A stretch of 53,171 nucleotides of DNA, counting the filler, from Sluysia triapertura (taxonomy: Eukaryota): assembly GCA_046118255.1 (NCBI GenBank). It is 4 parts of 4 records of this genome, joined end to end, with 100 filler letters (N's around TTAATTAATTAA, not from the genome) between each part and the next. Parts side by side here need not be neighbours in the genome. Positions count along the whole stretch, not along the records: positions 23,027 to 36,135 come from JBJNIA010058986.1; positions 36,236 to 53,171 come from JBJNIA010195377.1; 2 more parts are not named here. One strand, given 5' to 3'. Under the pieces are notes generated by a model. The model was not told the origin of the DNA and ran no database searches. It was given only the letters and a program-made list of their open reading frames with translations. This document shows, piece by piece, positions 26,514 to 39,746 of this stretch. Made by a program: the position numbers and the translations under genes. Within the stretch, counting starts at the first letter, position 1, and the number at the start of each line of letters is the position of its first letter.

Positions 26514-27395
26514 GTAAGTCCTTTATGTATTTTTATTAGTAATTTGTTGAATTGTTTTGAATGTTTGTGATAATAGTCTTTGAAAGTCGATACTATGTAT
26601 AGCTTTTATAAACATCTAATTTCTAAAATTCATTTCACTTAAATCTTTATGTTTCGGTGGCCGAAAATTCTAATTTAAGATATCTACTTTTTAATGATTA
26701 GACAGAGTTTATATACAAAATAGTAAAATATTTCGTATTATGCCTTTTTGAACAACCTTCATATCTATTTTTATCTTTATTAGACACTTCAGTTATTTAT
26801 TTGAAGTATGTGAAGTTTTGATCGATATTTAGCGTAAATTATTCAAATTGACGTTATTAAAATGGATTTTCAAATTGTTTATAACTTTATTTGGCATCAT
26901 TTAATCACAAACAAATCAATTAATAAAAATATCAACCGTTCTGTATTGTCTAAGATCTTTTTGAAATTCCACAGAACGCATAACTCAATTATGTATTGAA
27001 CTGATAAAATGAAATAAAAATAAATATGATGAATTTTTTATGAATTGCATCATTTAAACCTGAAAGAGTCCTTTTCTTAAGACATGATTGAAATCAAATC
27101 ATCCGGATTCATTTATTTCCTTTATTTATATGTAAATGTCTTGTAATTCTTTATTCTGTATAATTATCTAAAACCTGATAGTGATCTAAATCTAAATCTT
27201 AGTCTGTTTTTGTGTTTTCAGTATTATCTATTTGGTTTACTGATTGATTCTTTCTCATATCTCAGAAAAACTTAGCAAAATTTATCAAATAACTTTATTT
27301 AAAACACTTAAAATAAAAAATTTTCTATTCGTTCAAAGTCGATTTACATTTTATAGTCTACGTCTAAAGGTTTGAGTTGAATCTCATCGCTGTTC

Positions 27396-27586
27396 TTAAC
27401 ACTAGAAGGGCCACATGCGTCAATACCGCAAATGCTTGCAGTTGGCTGATACTTTCAGAAGTGTGTTGGAATTAAAGTTATGATCATCGAATTTTTTTTC
27501 ATAATTTTCCCATGTTAACTCCGGTGATGGAATTACTCAAATGTGTCATTTGCGTCAATTAACACACTTGGTCCTTCTAGTGTTAA
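27396..27586. mobile_element. piggyBac-type MITE, 183-bp core with TTAA target duplications
   Basis: TTAA-CACTAGAAGGGCCA ... TGGTCCTTCTAGTG-TTAA (13/14 TIR match), plus inner imperfect inverted repeat CGCAAATG/CATTTGCG. Confidence 0.88.
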
Positions 27587-28539
27587 AGATGATGTTACTG
27601 TAAATCTATGAAAACTTATTTTTCAATCCTCTGTCAAGAAATCAGCATAGGGCCTTACTTGAACGATGTACAATAAGTATAATTTTAATTATAAGCATCA
27701 GAAGAATTCATTGTATAACAAATTTTATAAAATAATATTTAGAATCATTTGCTTCTATCCTCATTGAGAGTTAATCAACACTGTTTTGGCTCGAATAAAT
27801 CAGCTAAAAATCGCATATCAAAATTTTTTGGTTTTTATTTTTTAGTGTCTTCTTTTATATTATTTTTTAATCACCTTTACACAATTATTGAATTAAATTC
27901 ATGTTTATAATAATAAGTGTTCATTACGGTGTATAAATTATTAAATAAATACATATAATATATAGTTTACTATTTTGCATTATAATTTATTTTACTTTAG
28001 AGCTAAACTAAAATTTTTATAGAATTATTTTGTTTCACTAAAACTATTTTCGTAATAATAACAACAACAACGGTAGTAATATGCGATATCAAGCATTCGT
28101 ATTACATTAATTTAGTAATTATTGAGCATTCAGTATATTATTAATAATTTTAAATCATTTAGTACAAGTGATACGATTTTGTACACTATATTCAACATAC
28201 ATTATAATCAGACATTCATTTATCAGTAATAACTGTGACTTAACATTTCATATTTTATTATACTACTTAATAAATTTCATATTAAGGGATGTTGCAAAAT
28301 TATGGGCTAAATTTTGGTTAAAACATCTGGTCTCACAACCCGTAATATAATATGGTCTAAATACATAAACTCATAGTAGGTAAAATTAAGATAACAAGAT
28401 GTTGTGATTGCATTTATTTTCATCATTGGATGGAATGTAATCTAGTCAAATGGTGATCCGTTATTAGCTGTATAGCAGGTAAATCAAGAGGTTTTGACGT
28501 AATATGGTGACCTCATTATCCAAAATTTTAACTCTTCAT

Positions 28540-28810
28540 GATACACCAAAAAAATAAACAACTGCATAACCGCATAACAACTAAATAACTTGAAATATTA
28601 AATCTCTATAACTTAAAATCCTTACAGTTCAAAAATTCAATTGTAATAAAAAAAATGAAATGAAATTTCTATAAAAATACCTTCAATTTCTTTCAATTCC
28701 CTACCATAAATCTCTTCATTATTCTCTTCTATCACTCTCCGTGCTCAACAACTTGAACTTCCTTTAATTTACTTATATAATCTCTCTCACTCTTACTTTT
28801 CTTTACCCTC
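28540..28810 (+). repeat. Dispersed LTR-like repeat copy followed by decayed coding-like sequence
   Basis: Strong similarity to ~11700-11930. Confidence 0.7.
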
Positions 28811-31366
28811 TGACACCAATTTTACAAAAAAAGATCAAGTAGCTTTGAATTGAAATGTGGAAAGAAACTGAAGAAGCATTGTTTCCGAATCAACTATGAT
28901 TAATCTAGCTAAGGAATCTAAAAAAAGAGATAAAAAAGAGAAGTTTTGAAGAAGAGGATATCTGAATATGAAGTGTTAGAAAAAGCACTTCGTACAATAA
29001 TGACAAATCTGGCACAACGTGAACACCAATTGGCTGCTGGAAAAAATGAATTACGTCTTCAGTCATACTTAGAAGCGGATTTTCAAAAAAAATGATAGTA
29101 AGGAGTCAATTCATACAGTAGTAAACCTACCTAAGGTTCGAAAACAGTAATTCTAACCATGAATCGAAATATATGTTCCGCGTTTCTAGAATGTGCCTGT
29201 AAATATGCAAAAAATTGTTCAAATAAATCTGGTCTTAATCAAGACACAAATAATAATTCTAGTTTGTCAAAGGTTAATTGTCACCTCATTCAGTCATTTT
29301 ACTTCGACCTTATGCAGATAGTTTTATGGAAAGTATGAAAGCTGGAGATATGTATTCATTTGCTCTAGTATTATGAGAAATTGTCAAAAGAAAAAATTCG
29401 ACAATCAACCTCAGATATACTTACTTCCATTCGAAGACGTATCAGCTGATCCAATGTATCTTAGATCTCCTATATCAGATATCAAAAACAATTTATTTCA
29501 CTCGTCAGAATTATGGAAGAATGCTGGCACGTCATTCTGTATTTCGTGTAAAAACGTCATTACTGACGTCATCATCCTTTGCACAAACAAATTATAATCC
29601 TGCTTGTCAATAAAAGTAAAGCAATAGAATAAAAGCTTAACTTAAAGTGAGTTAAAAGAAAGTCTCAACAAATATAATGTGCACTAAAGGACTCTTGCTG
29701 TGTATTAAAAAATGTTTAGTTTGCTGGAGGCAATTAAATTTTAAATGAATTTAACAATAATCAAATTTATAAAAAGATTTTACGTCGATTCCTTTATACG
29801 GAATCATGAATATGATTTCTATTCATATTTCAAGTAATTTCTAGCGGTTGAAAGCATAAAATAAAACGATAGATTTGATAGTTAAATCTATATAATTTGC
29901 AATAATAAAAGTCTAAAAAAGTTCACGTAATTTATTCTAAGAAATGCGTTACAATAGTATAAAAATATATATTTTTCGTAAATTAACTTTTTACGTTAAT
30001 TTCTTATGAATAGATTTTAAAAACAATAATTTACGTACGGATCTATGAAAAGATCCAATAATTATATAAAAAAATAAGTTGATTTTACCTTTGATACTTA
30101 ACAGTATCTTCCTTAAAAATAATTAAACTAACGTGAACTAACAAAATCTTTTAATAGTCTATTAGGCTTAATTTGCGAATGCGTCTCCCACGAAGATTTA
30201 AAATTATACAAATGAAATTGTAGAAACGAAATTATGAAATGAAAATTATGCCTTTGTCTAAAATTTATTGTCTTATATAGTACCAATTCGGCCCTGACCG
30301 AATTGAAACAAAATTAATAATTTTATTAAAACGAAATTAAAATCTTTAAAATTTTAGAATTAAAGTATTTTCTGACCACGTTAAATTAACTTATAATTTT
30401 TATAATTTTAATTTAAAAATAAAATTAAAAGATTACTTTTATAAAATTTGAAACTTCCAAATAAAATTCAAATAAAAATAAAATTCAAAAATTCCAAATT
30501 AATATTTATAAGAATTAAAAATGTTTAATAATAAAAATCAATATATATTATAGTATGTTTATAGTTTTATATACATAAATATAGTGCATCAAATAATAAA
30601 CATTAATCGGATCGATTGATAAGCATTGTGTGTGTATTAACAATTATCACGATTTTAATCAGTGCCTATCATCATCAGTTGCCCATCACCAAAAGCCACG
30701 TCTTCATCATATTCATCAACGTCTTCCGTAGTTATAGTACAAGATTATTTAAACGTTCTTCCTGAAGAAATTTCTAATAATAAAAATAATAATTATTATT
30801 ATTATAAAATTTTAACAAATTAGAAAATTAAAAAACGCCAACGTGAAAAGTTTCATTTTACTAATCATATAAAATAACTACTAAAATTAGTAGTGAACAC
30901 ACAATTTAATATCAATTTTACTACGAAATACTTTATATCGCAATTATCATGGGTCAATTCAACCTTCAACATCAAAAGTAATTACTGGGAGTAGTGTTTA
31001 CGGAATTCGACGTCCGGATTTTGTAGAATGACCTTATGAAAACATCAAAAATTACAGATTACGATGTTAAACTTACTCACTTAAGTAGCGTATAAAATGA
31101 AGTTAATTCAGTTTCAACTTCTCAGAGGTTAAAGTGCGCAAAAGATATAATGGGGGCCGTGTCAACCACTTGTGCTTCGTCTTACTGCAATGACGATTTT
31201 ACATGATGGGATCTACAAACAAAAATTCAATGTGTAATTCAATAATATCAGGTAAATTTTAGATGGAATTTAAAACTATATAAATTAATGCTACGAGAAA
31301 GCGATCAATTTATTAATCTTTAGTAATAATATCGTTCAAATTTTCAAATTTATAACGAAATTTGCT

Positions 31367-32483
31367 TTATAATGATCCTTTACTAATTTTATTTAAATTA
31401 ATCTTAATATTATGACAAATAGAAAAAACAGTAACTTCATGAAATGTTTTATTACAATTAATAAAAAAGATTATGTATATGTTTGAAGTTCTTCTCATGA
31501 TTATATTTTTCTGAGTTGATTTCGTTTTTATTATTGTGAAAATCCTAAAAAAATAAAAGGAGTAAAATTGTGCATCAAATTCAAAAATAATATCATAAAC
31601 ATGATTAAAATTAAAAATTACTTCAGAGAATATACTCTGCATCTACCATCAACTTTAACGAGGAGTACGTAACTTGAGCTAATTGAGATCTCATAATATC
31701 AACTAAATCGCATATCTGATTAATGTGCTTGTCTAACTCAGGATTTGTGGCCGATTTGTTGTACTCATTGTAATAATTAGCAATTGTCAGTGGTAACTTA
31801 AAAAATATAAGTTTCGATGCATCATAATATACGTTAAATTGATGAGGGATCATTTTTTGAAATGCAGAAATCACTAAATAATTGCTGATTACTTTTCGCG
31901 TTCGAAGTAAGTATACTATAACTGTGATACGTATCTTTGTTTATCTGGGATGTAACTTTCGTAGCAGCATTAATGAAGTACAAATAGAAACGGTTCGTTG
32001 CGGTACTGACGTCATTTACTACTTTATCCAAGTTTATAAAATGATTAACGTTCGAGAGAAGTTTCAATCATATCGAAATTGGGGTCATTAAATTAATAAA
32101 CATCTTCTCTGCATTACTGGTACATATACGATTAGTACGAAATGTTCAGAATTATCAAAATACACTGCACTGTTTCTTGTATGATGTTTTAAAATAAATC
32201 TCTGTAAATCATTTTCATCAGTTTCATGGTTTTGTTCACGTGAACTACGCAATATATAAACATCAGTAATAGTAGATAAGAACATTTTTAACATGTTGAA
32301 AGGGACATCTTGTACTAGAGATACTTCAGTTGACTTTTCTTTTACTAATTTAAACTTGGTAGACAATTTTGTAACATAATTGATGACATACAATGAGGAA
32401 AATTCTGAATAGTTTATTTCATTTAATAGGATTTGTAGAAAATTTGTTTTATTTATCAATTCACTTATGTTCATTTCTGACAT
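31367..32483 (-). pseudogene. Frameshifted ~1.1-kb reading frame of unknown family
   Basis: Four consecutive or overlapping minus-strand ORFs (32088-32483, 31834-32067, 31623-31874, 31367-31642) tile the region; composition is protein-like in the first three. Confidence 0.4.
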
Positions 32484-32689
32484 TTAGCTTTAAGTCACTA
32501 TCGTAAATTTTGTATCGAATTTAAATGCCAATTCGATATTTGGTTTGAATCAAATGAGCATACGACAATGAATAATTGTTAAATGTTGCAATAAACTCTT
32601 TGGTACTAGTTTTATTCTTTTTCAAAAACCCTTTTTTTCCTAAATAATCGTATCTTCTTTTTTATTAATTAAGTTACCTCAATCATAAA

Positions 32690-33638
32690 ATTTTGAGGCT
32701 CACACTGTTTCGTAATATTACTGGCTGTCCAATTGAAACACAAAGCGTAGACAAGATTAATTTCAATTGGGCAGTAAATAAAAATGGGTACACACAATGG
32801 ATTGTCATCACAACCACCATCACTAGTGACATTAAAAGTGTCGCCATTGATGGTGGTAGCTACCAAATTAAATATCGAACAATTAAATGCTAAAAAATTA
32901 AAAATGGTGATAATAATAATAACAAGAATGTTGTTATTATTATTAAATACATAAATCTCTTGAAAACTTCACCAAAACATATTTGGAATTCATAATTTAG
33001 TTGATGATTTTTTTGATTACTCTGTTTTGAATTAATTCTATAATGTGATTTTACTGATTTTCGATGATCTAGAAGATGGATTGTTGAGAAATTATGGACT
33101 AGTTTTAAATGTATATTTGATGTAAATTGTAGTTCTAATGTTGTGAGATTGAGTTAAGATGTCGTAACTGAAATTTAAATGTGTATTAATGATTTTGGAT
33201 GTAAGTATGGTTTGATGTAAGATTGTGACTTTAAAATGTTTTGGGATATGGTAATTGATTTTATTGGGTATGAAAGAAATAAGACATAGCAACGGTTTTG
33301 ATATATCCTATAAATGTTGTTGTGCAATGTTAAGAAATGCAATTTTGATATTGTGACGTTATGAAATAGGATTATTTTGATAAGGTTGGAATAATGTTTT
33401 AGTGGTTGTAAAAAAAGGTAAAATGTAGAAAGGTTTTAATGTAAGAATAGTTAAAATGTTATGGAGTGTAAATCTGATATTATGAAATTTTATGTTTAGA
33501 AGTATTGAAAATTATAAAGTGTTTTGAAATACAAAAAGGTTTTAACGTATCTGAGAAAGTGAGATGCACGATGTAAGAAAAAGTGATATTTTGTATAGAT
33601 TAATGGTTTAAATTCTAAGTGAAAAGTTGGCCACCACA
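32690..33638 (-). mobile_element. LTR-like repeat (~950 bp)
   Basis: Starts TGTGGTGGCCAAC on the minus strand. Colinear similarity with 51160-52275 (ATCACAACCA.CATCA, AGCTACCAAATTAA, AACAAGAATGTT, TTGTAGTTCT, AAGAAATAAGA.ATAG.AACGGTTTTGA). Confidence 0.8.
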
Positions 33639-33644
33639 ATATTT

Positions 33645-34300
33645 ATACACGTTGACATAGTTGGAATAAATGCGTTTGCATTATGATGCTCCCTGTGATA
33701 CCGTATGTTATCATTCTTTCATTATCTTGCTCATTTAATTGTGATAGTACGGCTGCGATCGCATCAAAACTTGCATCAGTATCTAAAATGAATTCTTTGT
33801 TAAAATTTGGATAAGCCAGAATTGAAACATTATCTGATTCTTCAGACTTTCAAACTCATTTTGTCATTTATCTGTCTAGATAACTTTATAATCTTTCTTA
33901 CGTAGAGATCACAGTTTTACTTTCGTCAGTCTTGACCCAAAATATAATTTCAGAAAGTAGAAATTGAGATTTTTCTGCTTTAATTTTTAATCCTGAATTT
34001 TGAATTCTTTCGAATACATTTTTTAAATCTAATTAAATGGTCTTTCGTTTTGCACAGTATATGAATATCGTCCAGATATACTACAGTCTCTTCAATTAAA
34101 TAACTGAAAGTGTAATAACAATTTCAAAATGACCTTCTCTTAAATCTAGATTGTTTATCCATTGTTGAAAATGTGGTTTTGTCTTTCTTTTAATTCTTCA
34201 ACCTGTTCAATTTCATAATGCATTTTGTGGATTGAGATTATTATTAAGTTTAATTTCATTAATCTTTAACGTGTTTGCATCCAATTTACTATTATAACTA
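33645..34300 (-). mobile_element. Ty3/gypsy pol remnant (RT and RNase H)
   Basis: ETVVYLDDIH (YxDD, ~34060-34090), FERIQNSGLKIKAEKSQF, TDASFDAIAAVLSQ and YHREHHNANA; internally deleted. Confidence 0.85.
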
Positions 34301-35319
34301 TGAACTGTTGATGATTTAAGGATGAAGATGGATGGCAAAAGGGTCAGGAAGGAGTAGCTACCCGAATATTGTGAGGAGTGATTGTTGAAAAAATACCAAA
34401 TTCGTGATCCTATTAGTTCTGAGAATCTGTAGACCTTTTAGGTTCAAAAAGACTTAGCATATTTAAAATATTGTTATTCAAAAGGTTATACATCAAAATG
34501 AGTGCTGAAGAAATATATAGAATACCTGATAGGTTTTAGTATGTAGTACGTTTGTGACATTCGTACTTGACGTAGATAAGATCCAGTTTTTAATTTCCTT
34601 ATTTTTATTTGGCTTTAGATATTTTGTTTTTATTGAATTGAAATAAAATTTACGTTTACTGATATATTTATAGATAAAATTCCTTTCAAGATTATTTTAA
34701 TATAATTTAAAGAACTGCGCAAACTTGCCTTAAGGGCTAATGTTTTACGCTCAAAATTAAATAACATGACGATGTACATTAATAATTTTTCATTGAAAAC
34801 ACAAAAGATATAAAAATAAAACAAAATGTTCATTGCAACACAAGTGACGTGAAAATTTATTGATTAGATGATAAAAATATGTGCTAGTTCTTGTTGCAAA
34901 TGTTCTATATTAGGATATTCTGATGTCGATATACATAAATGATTATTTTCATAGCCAACAATAACTCTTTCCAAAGGAGAATTTATTGGTTTTGGGTTAA
35001 CGTGATGACCATTGCTGCTAATGAGCTCAACATCATGACTTGAAGATGGAATTGATTTTTGACCATTGGATGATGTGATTTGTGAACAGAAATGAACTTC
35101 CATGGCACAATCTAACGCTTGATTGATGTCACTTGATACACTAAGATCTGTAGATATATAAATACAAAGGTGCTTTTCCATTAACTCCGTAGTAGCCAAC
35201 ATGCTTACACAAAATTTTAATACATCACACTTAACTAAAAATCATATTTTTACATCACCCAAAGCAGTCATTACATCAAAAATCATTAAATTCGTTTAAA
35301 TTTAAATATAACAATAAAC

Positions 35320-35727
35320 TAAGTGGAATTTCTTTTAACATCTTTTAAAAGAAACAGTTTGTTCGTTGGATGTACCAATTGATGAAATACCGGAAATGAG
35401 TCTACAATCTGCATACTGATTATGATAATAAACGAATTTGAGTGAATTGAAATTTGCAACTGAAAGGAGAAACAAAGCAAGAAACCGAAGAAGTCATTTC
35501 CAGCGTTGATAATCATCGAAAAATGGCAATAGAAGCTTGTATAGTTCAAGTAATGAAAACTCGTAAAACATTGAAACACCAAGAACTGGTTCGGGAAGTA
35601 CTAGAACAATCGACATCCAAATTTAATCCTCAAGCTGCGCTAATAAAATGATGTATTTCAGCATTAATTGAAAAAGAATATTTACGTGGTGACAGCAATT
35701 GTTATGATACATAAGTATCTTGCCTAA
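35320..35727 (+). pseudogene. Cullin (CUL1/CUL2-like) C-terminal neddylation-domain pseudogene fragment
   Basis: VDNHRKMAIEACIVQVMKTRKTLKHQELVREVLEQ..KFNP...IK*CISALIEKEYL. In-frame TGA at 35649-35651, frameshift before the terminal KYLA* (TAA 35725-35727), and disrupted upstream frame. Confidence 0.88.
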
Positions 35728-35882
35728 TTGTTAAATGATTAAATTTCCAACCAAACTTGTTTGTAATTAATGTTACGCAGATTTTGTTAACACTATTATT
35801 TTATATAAAAAGATTAATCTATAAACTTTTAATTTTGTATTTAAAGAAACGACAAGATGATCTTCATTTTAGAAATTAAAGA

Positions 35883-36135
35883 TGTAGTGGCCAACACCCA
35901 TAATTTAAAATTAATCAAATTTCATATGTAACATTCACAAATTAAATTTCACTAAAATTCAATTTTCACAATAATCACACTTTTTTTCTATCGAATTACA
36001 CCAACACAAACATCATAAAATAACATTCGATATTTACAACACCTCATCAACTCACATATATCAACAACTCAACTTACATTTCAACCATCCATAGCATAAC
36101 AAACTTCGACATTCAATCTCGAATAATTCACAACA
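35883..36135 (+). repeat. LTR-like repeat start, truncated by contig end
   Basis: TGTAGTGGCCAAC followed by the same C/A-skewed sequence type. Confidence 0.65.
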
Positions 36136-36235
36136 NNNNNNNNNNNNNNNNNNNNNNNNNNNNNNNNNNNNNNNNNNNNTTAATTAATTAANNNNNNNNN
36201 NNNNNNNNNNNNNNNNNNNNNNNNNNNNNNNNNNN
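36136..36235. other. Artificial contig spacer
   Basis: 44N-TTAATTAATTAA-44N. Confidence 0.98.
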
Positions 36236-37477
36236 ATATATATGTACGGAGAAATATTATTTATTTATTTCTCAGTTGTTTAGGATAATATTTCTTCATA
36301 CATTCCCAAAGCTAACAAAATCTCGCACAGTAAAGATGAATAATTTTTGATACCATTTGTGCTCATAATTCAAAAATAATTCTAAAACTTAACAGTAACA
36401 CTAATTAGTTCAAACTGTCACATAAATATTTTCAAAAGATAAAAACAATTGTTTATAATAAAAAAGCCACCTCAAACATATTTGCTTTGTTTAATAAATA
36501 ATCTGTTTGTCAATTAATACTTTTCATTGTTAATATTAAAGTATTAAAGTAATTAATTGGAAAATGAAGTAACTCAATAATTAGACATACTTAGCACGAT
36601 ACAAAAAGTAATTTATTAAGATATAAGTAATGTAACATGAATTATAATACTTAATACTTATACACAAATGTGATACACGCCATCACAAAACATTTGAAAT
36701 TTTGTATTGTTTATTTATAAATATTATTATAAAATGTTAGCGTAAATCAAATTTAAAATTGTGAATAATATTTATTTTAAATTATTTATTATGACATCAA
36801 TTTATATAAATAAAATGTGGCTGCAAGAGTTTTATATACGCGAATTTTATATTGTTCTAGTACTATAGCAATTATTTTGTTTTATAGTTTTCTTAATGTT
36901 CTAATAATAATGTTAATAATATAATAATAGTAGTAGTAATAATATCATTTTTTATTAGTTCTAGGCTTTCAGTCTATTAGTAAAACAGTAATAGTAAAAT
37001 AAGAGTAGCAGTAATAAAAATATTTTTTATTAAATCTAGGTTTTCAGTCTATCAGTATTATTAAAAATTATGGCTTGATTTGATATTCAGATATAATATT
37101 GCAGTTACTTTAATATAAAGCTATAAAAATTGAGAATTTCTAATTATAGTTACAATATGTTCATCGTTATCTGCAGGGTTTTTTTCAATTATTATTAATG
37201 TTAACATAGTTCCATATTTCGGAAAATAAGTCAAGTTTTCACAGGATTTTGTTTAGTTTTCTGTTCATTTTCTTACTTTAAGTAAACCTAAAATTCACTT
37301 AAAATATTTTTATAATTACCTCAAAGTATTTTAAAACTTAGTTTTAAATTAATTTTTTATTATTTTAAGTTGAATCTTAATGCTTGTTCGTACTTATATT
37401 TGTCTTATTTCGTACTTATTTTTAACAATGTGATTACATCATTGTTAAACCATTTATTTTCGATTTTAGAAACTCTA

Positions 37478-37560
37478 TTTTCTTTTTTGTGAAAATAATT
37501 TTCTTCTTTAGAAAAATAATTTCTTTTTTGGAAAATAAATTTCTTTTTTGGAAAATAAAC
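37478..37560 (+). repeat. ~20-bp minisatellite, about 4 copies
   Basis: Imperfect units of TTTCTTTTTTGGAAAATAAA. Confidence 0.7.
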
Positions 37561-39746
37561 GTTTTTTGATTAATTTTAATTGATTTTATGATATTTTTAT
37601 AATTTTAAATTATTGTTTCGTGATTTTAATTAATTTTAAAGTGTTATTATGTTGTCCTAGAGTTATTTTGTAGGATTGTGATGGCAACCTAACATATTTT
37701 AGAAAGTGAAATAAAGTTTTCATAAAGAGAAATAACATAGCCTTTTGAAACAAAGTTTAGAATTAACTAAGTTATAGTATAAAGCAAATTCGATAAAGAA
37801 TGAAATAAAGTCGCTACGAAATAAAGTTATAAAATTATCACAAAACAAGAAAAGGATTATTATAAGGTAGAGTAAATCTTTTAGCTAAAATTTCTTGAGA
37901 GATAAAATAAAAGCTTTGGTGAAATAAGATGACGTCTTTTATAAGACAAGACACAATATTATGAACAAACTAAGTGAACCTTTTTAATTGTATACGATAC
38001 ATTATCTGTGAAGCATTTCAATCTCGAACACCGGAGACAAGTATGTGATTCACGATGTTAGAGATAAATATTTTGAATAAAACTTTTAAACAGCTTAACT
38101 ATATTAATATTGGTGCATAATTATTAATACTCAGTAAGCACATATATAATTAAAAGGGCTCATGTAGATAACAAATTTGACATTAAATTATTATAATATA
38201 TTATTACCATTATTATTATTATCATTTTAATGTTTTTATTAAAAACTAGAAAGTAATGTTCTAACATAGCTGTAATTTTTTTACTGATAAATACAGATAT
38301 GTAGTTTAGCTGTTTAGCGAAAGCTGTAGTTTGTATACTGCTATTGATTAGAAGTTATTATTTTGAATATTGTTTTATATTGGACATTGCTATTATTCTT
38401 GATCTTGCCGACATTAAGATATTCTAATATTAGGCATTATTACTGTTTTAAAGTAAGTATAATCTTAAAGTAAGTATAAGTAAAAATCTTAATAAAAGTA
38501 AAAATTTTTTTATATAAATAAAAATATCTAAAATGAAATCCTTTCATCTGAATACATTTTTTATTATTGCATATAAAAAATTTGAGTCTTTTTAGTATCT
38601 AGTGAATCGAATTTGTGAATAATTTTTAGAATTCTTCACTTTTATTTCTATCAACAAAGACGAGTTCCGAATAAACTGCGATTTCAGAAACTAATTTTAT
38701 TTTTAGTTGAATCGATTGAAAAATTTCATAAAGTAGAATTTATTTGCTATTATTTGACTTTAGGCATTTGGCACAGTTTAATATTAATGTAATTATTTAT
38801 ATAGCAATTTTGTTTAATTTTAGTTTAATTGATATTTTAGGTTATTTGTGATTTTTATTTTACAAACTGTAAAATCTCAAATTATAATATTTCTACCTGA
38901 TCGTCAGTTTTAATAATCATAAGTTTTTGAACTTTTTAATATTTATATTAATATCTTACTTAAAATCTAATTAAGATATTTTGTAAAAGAACGTTTAACA
39001 AGTTCCTTTTAAAATATTTGATAAATACGTCAAAAATCTGATTATAAAACACTAGTGGTTTTTCAAAATAAAATTGAGCAGGGTCCGGTTAAAATAAACG
39101 TCTTATGTCATAAAGATGGCGTCTCTGTAGCTAACACAAGTTAATTCTAATGCTAAAAAACTTAATCTATTAATTAAATTAGAGTCTCCTCAAATGCTTA
39201 TTAATGAATCGATCCAATACAATTAAAATAAAAGAACAGATGAATATATATTAATTAAATTAACAAGTTAACAAAAATTCAATTATTAAAATAAGCTACA
39301 AAAGCACTTATAAATTTTAGAATCAAACCCTGAGAATCTTCGATTGTTGTAATATATTTAAATTTAATTTAAAACGTTCCCCTCATTAGATCGGTGTTGT
39401 GAGTTTAGGAGATATTTTAATGTTTCATGATTCGTTTTAAAAATTTCATTGTTAAAGTAAAAGATATTGAAATAAATAACGATTTTTAATCTAGTTGTGA
39501 ATATATTTAATTTGGTTTTAAAAAATTCAAAATTGATTTTCTTTACAAAAATTAGCAAATAATAAAGACATAAATTTATTACAAAAGCTTTTGATCAAAA
39601 AATCTAAAAATGTTTATAGTTTGTTAAGTTGGTTATACCACACAGTTGAAATTTATATTTCAGACATACTACGATCTTGATTACTATCGGATTCCCTAAA
39701 TAGAAATAATACAAATAAAATACAAGTTTATCATACAAATTAAATT

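Noticed and set aside
35649-35651. In-frame TGA in the cullin fragment as selenocysteine or readthrough
   Set aside because: The position is normally Lys/Arg, a CGA>TGA change explains it, and there are additional frameshifts.
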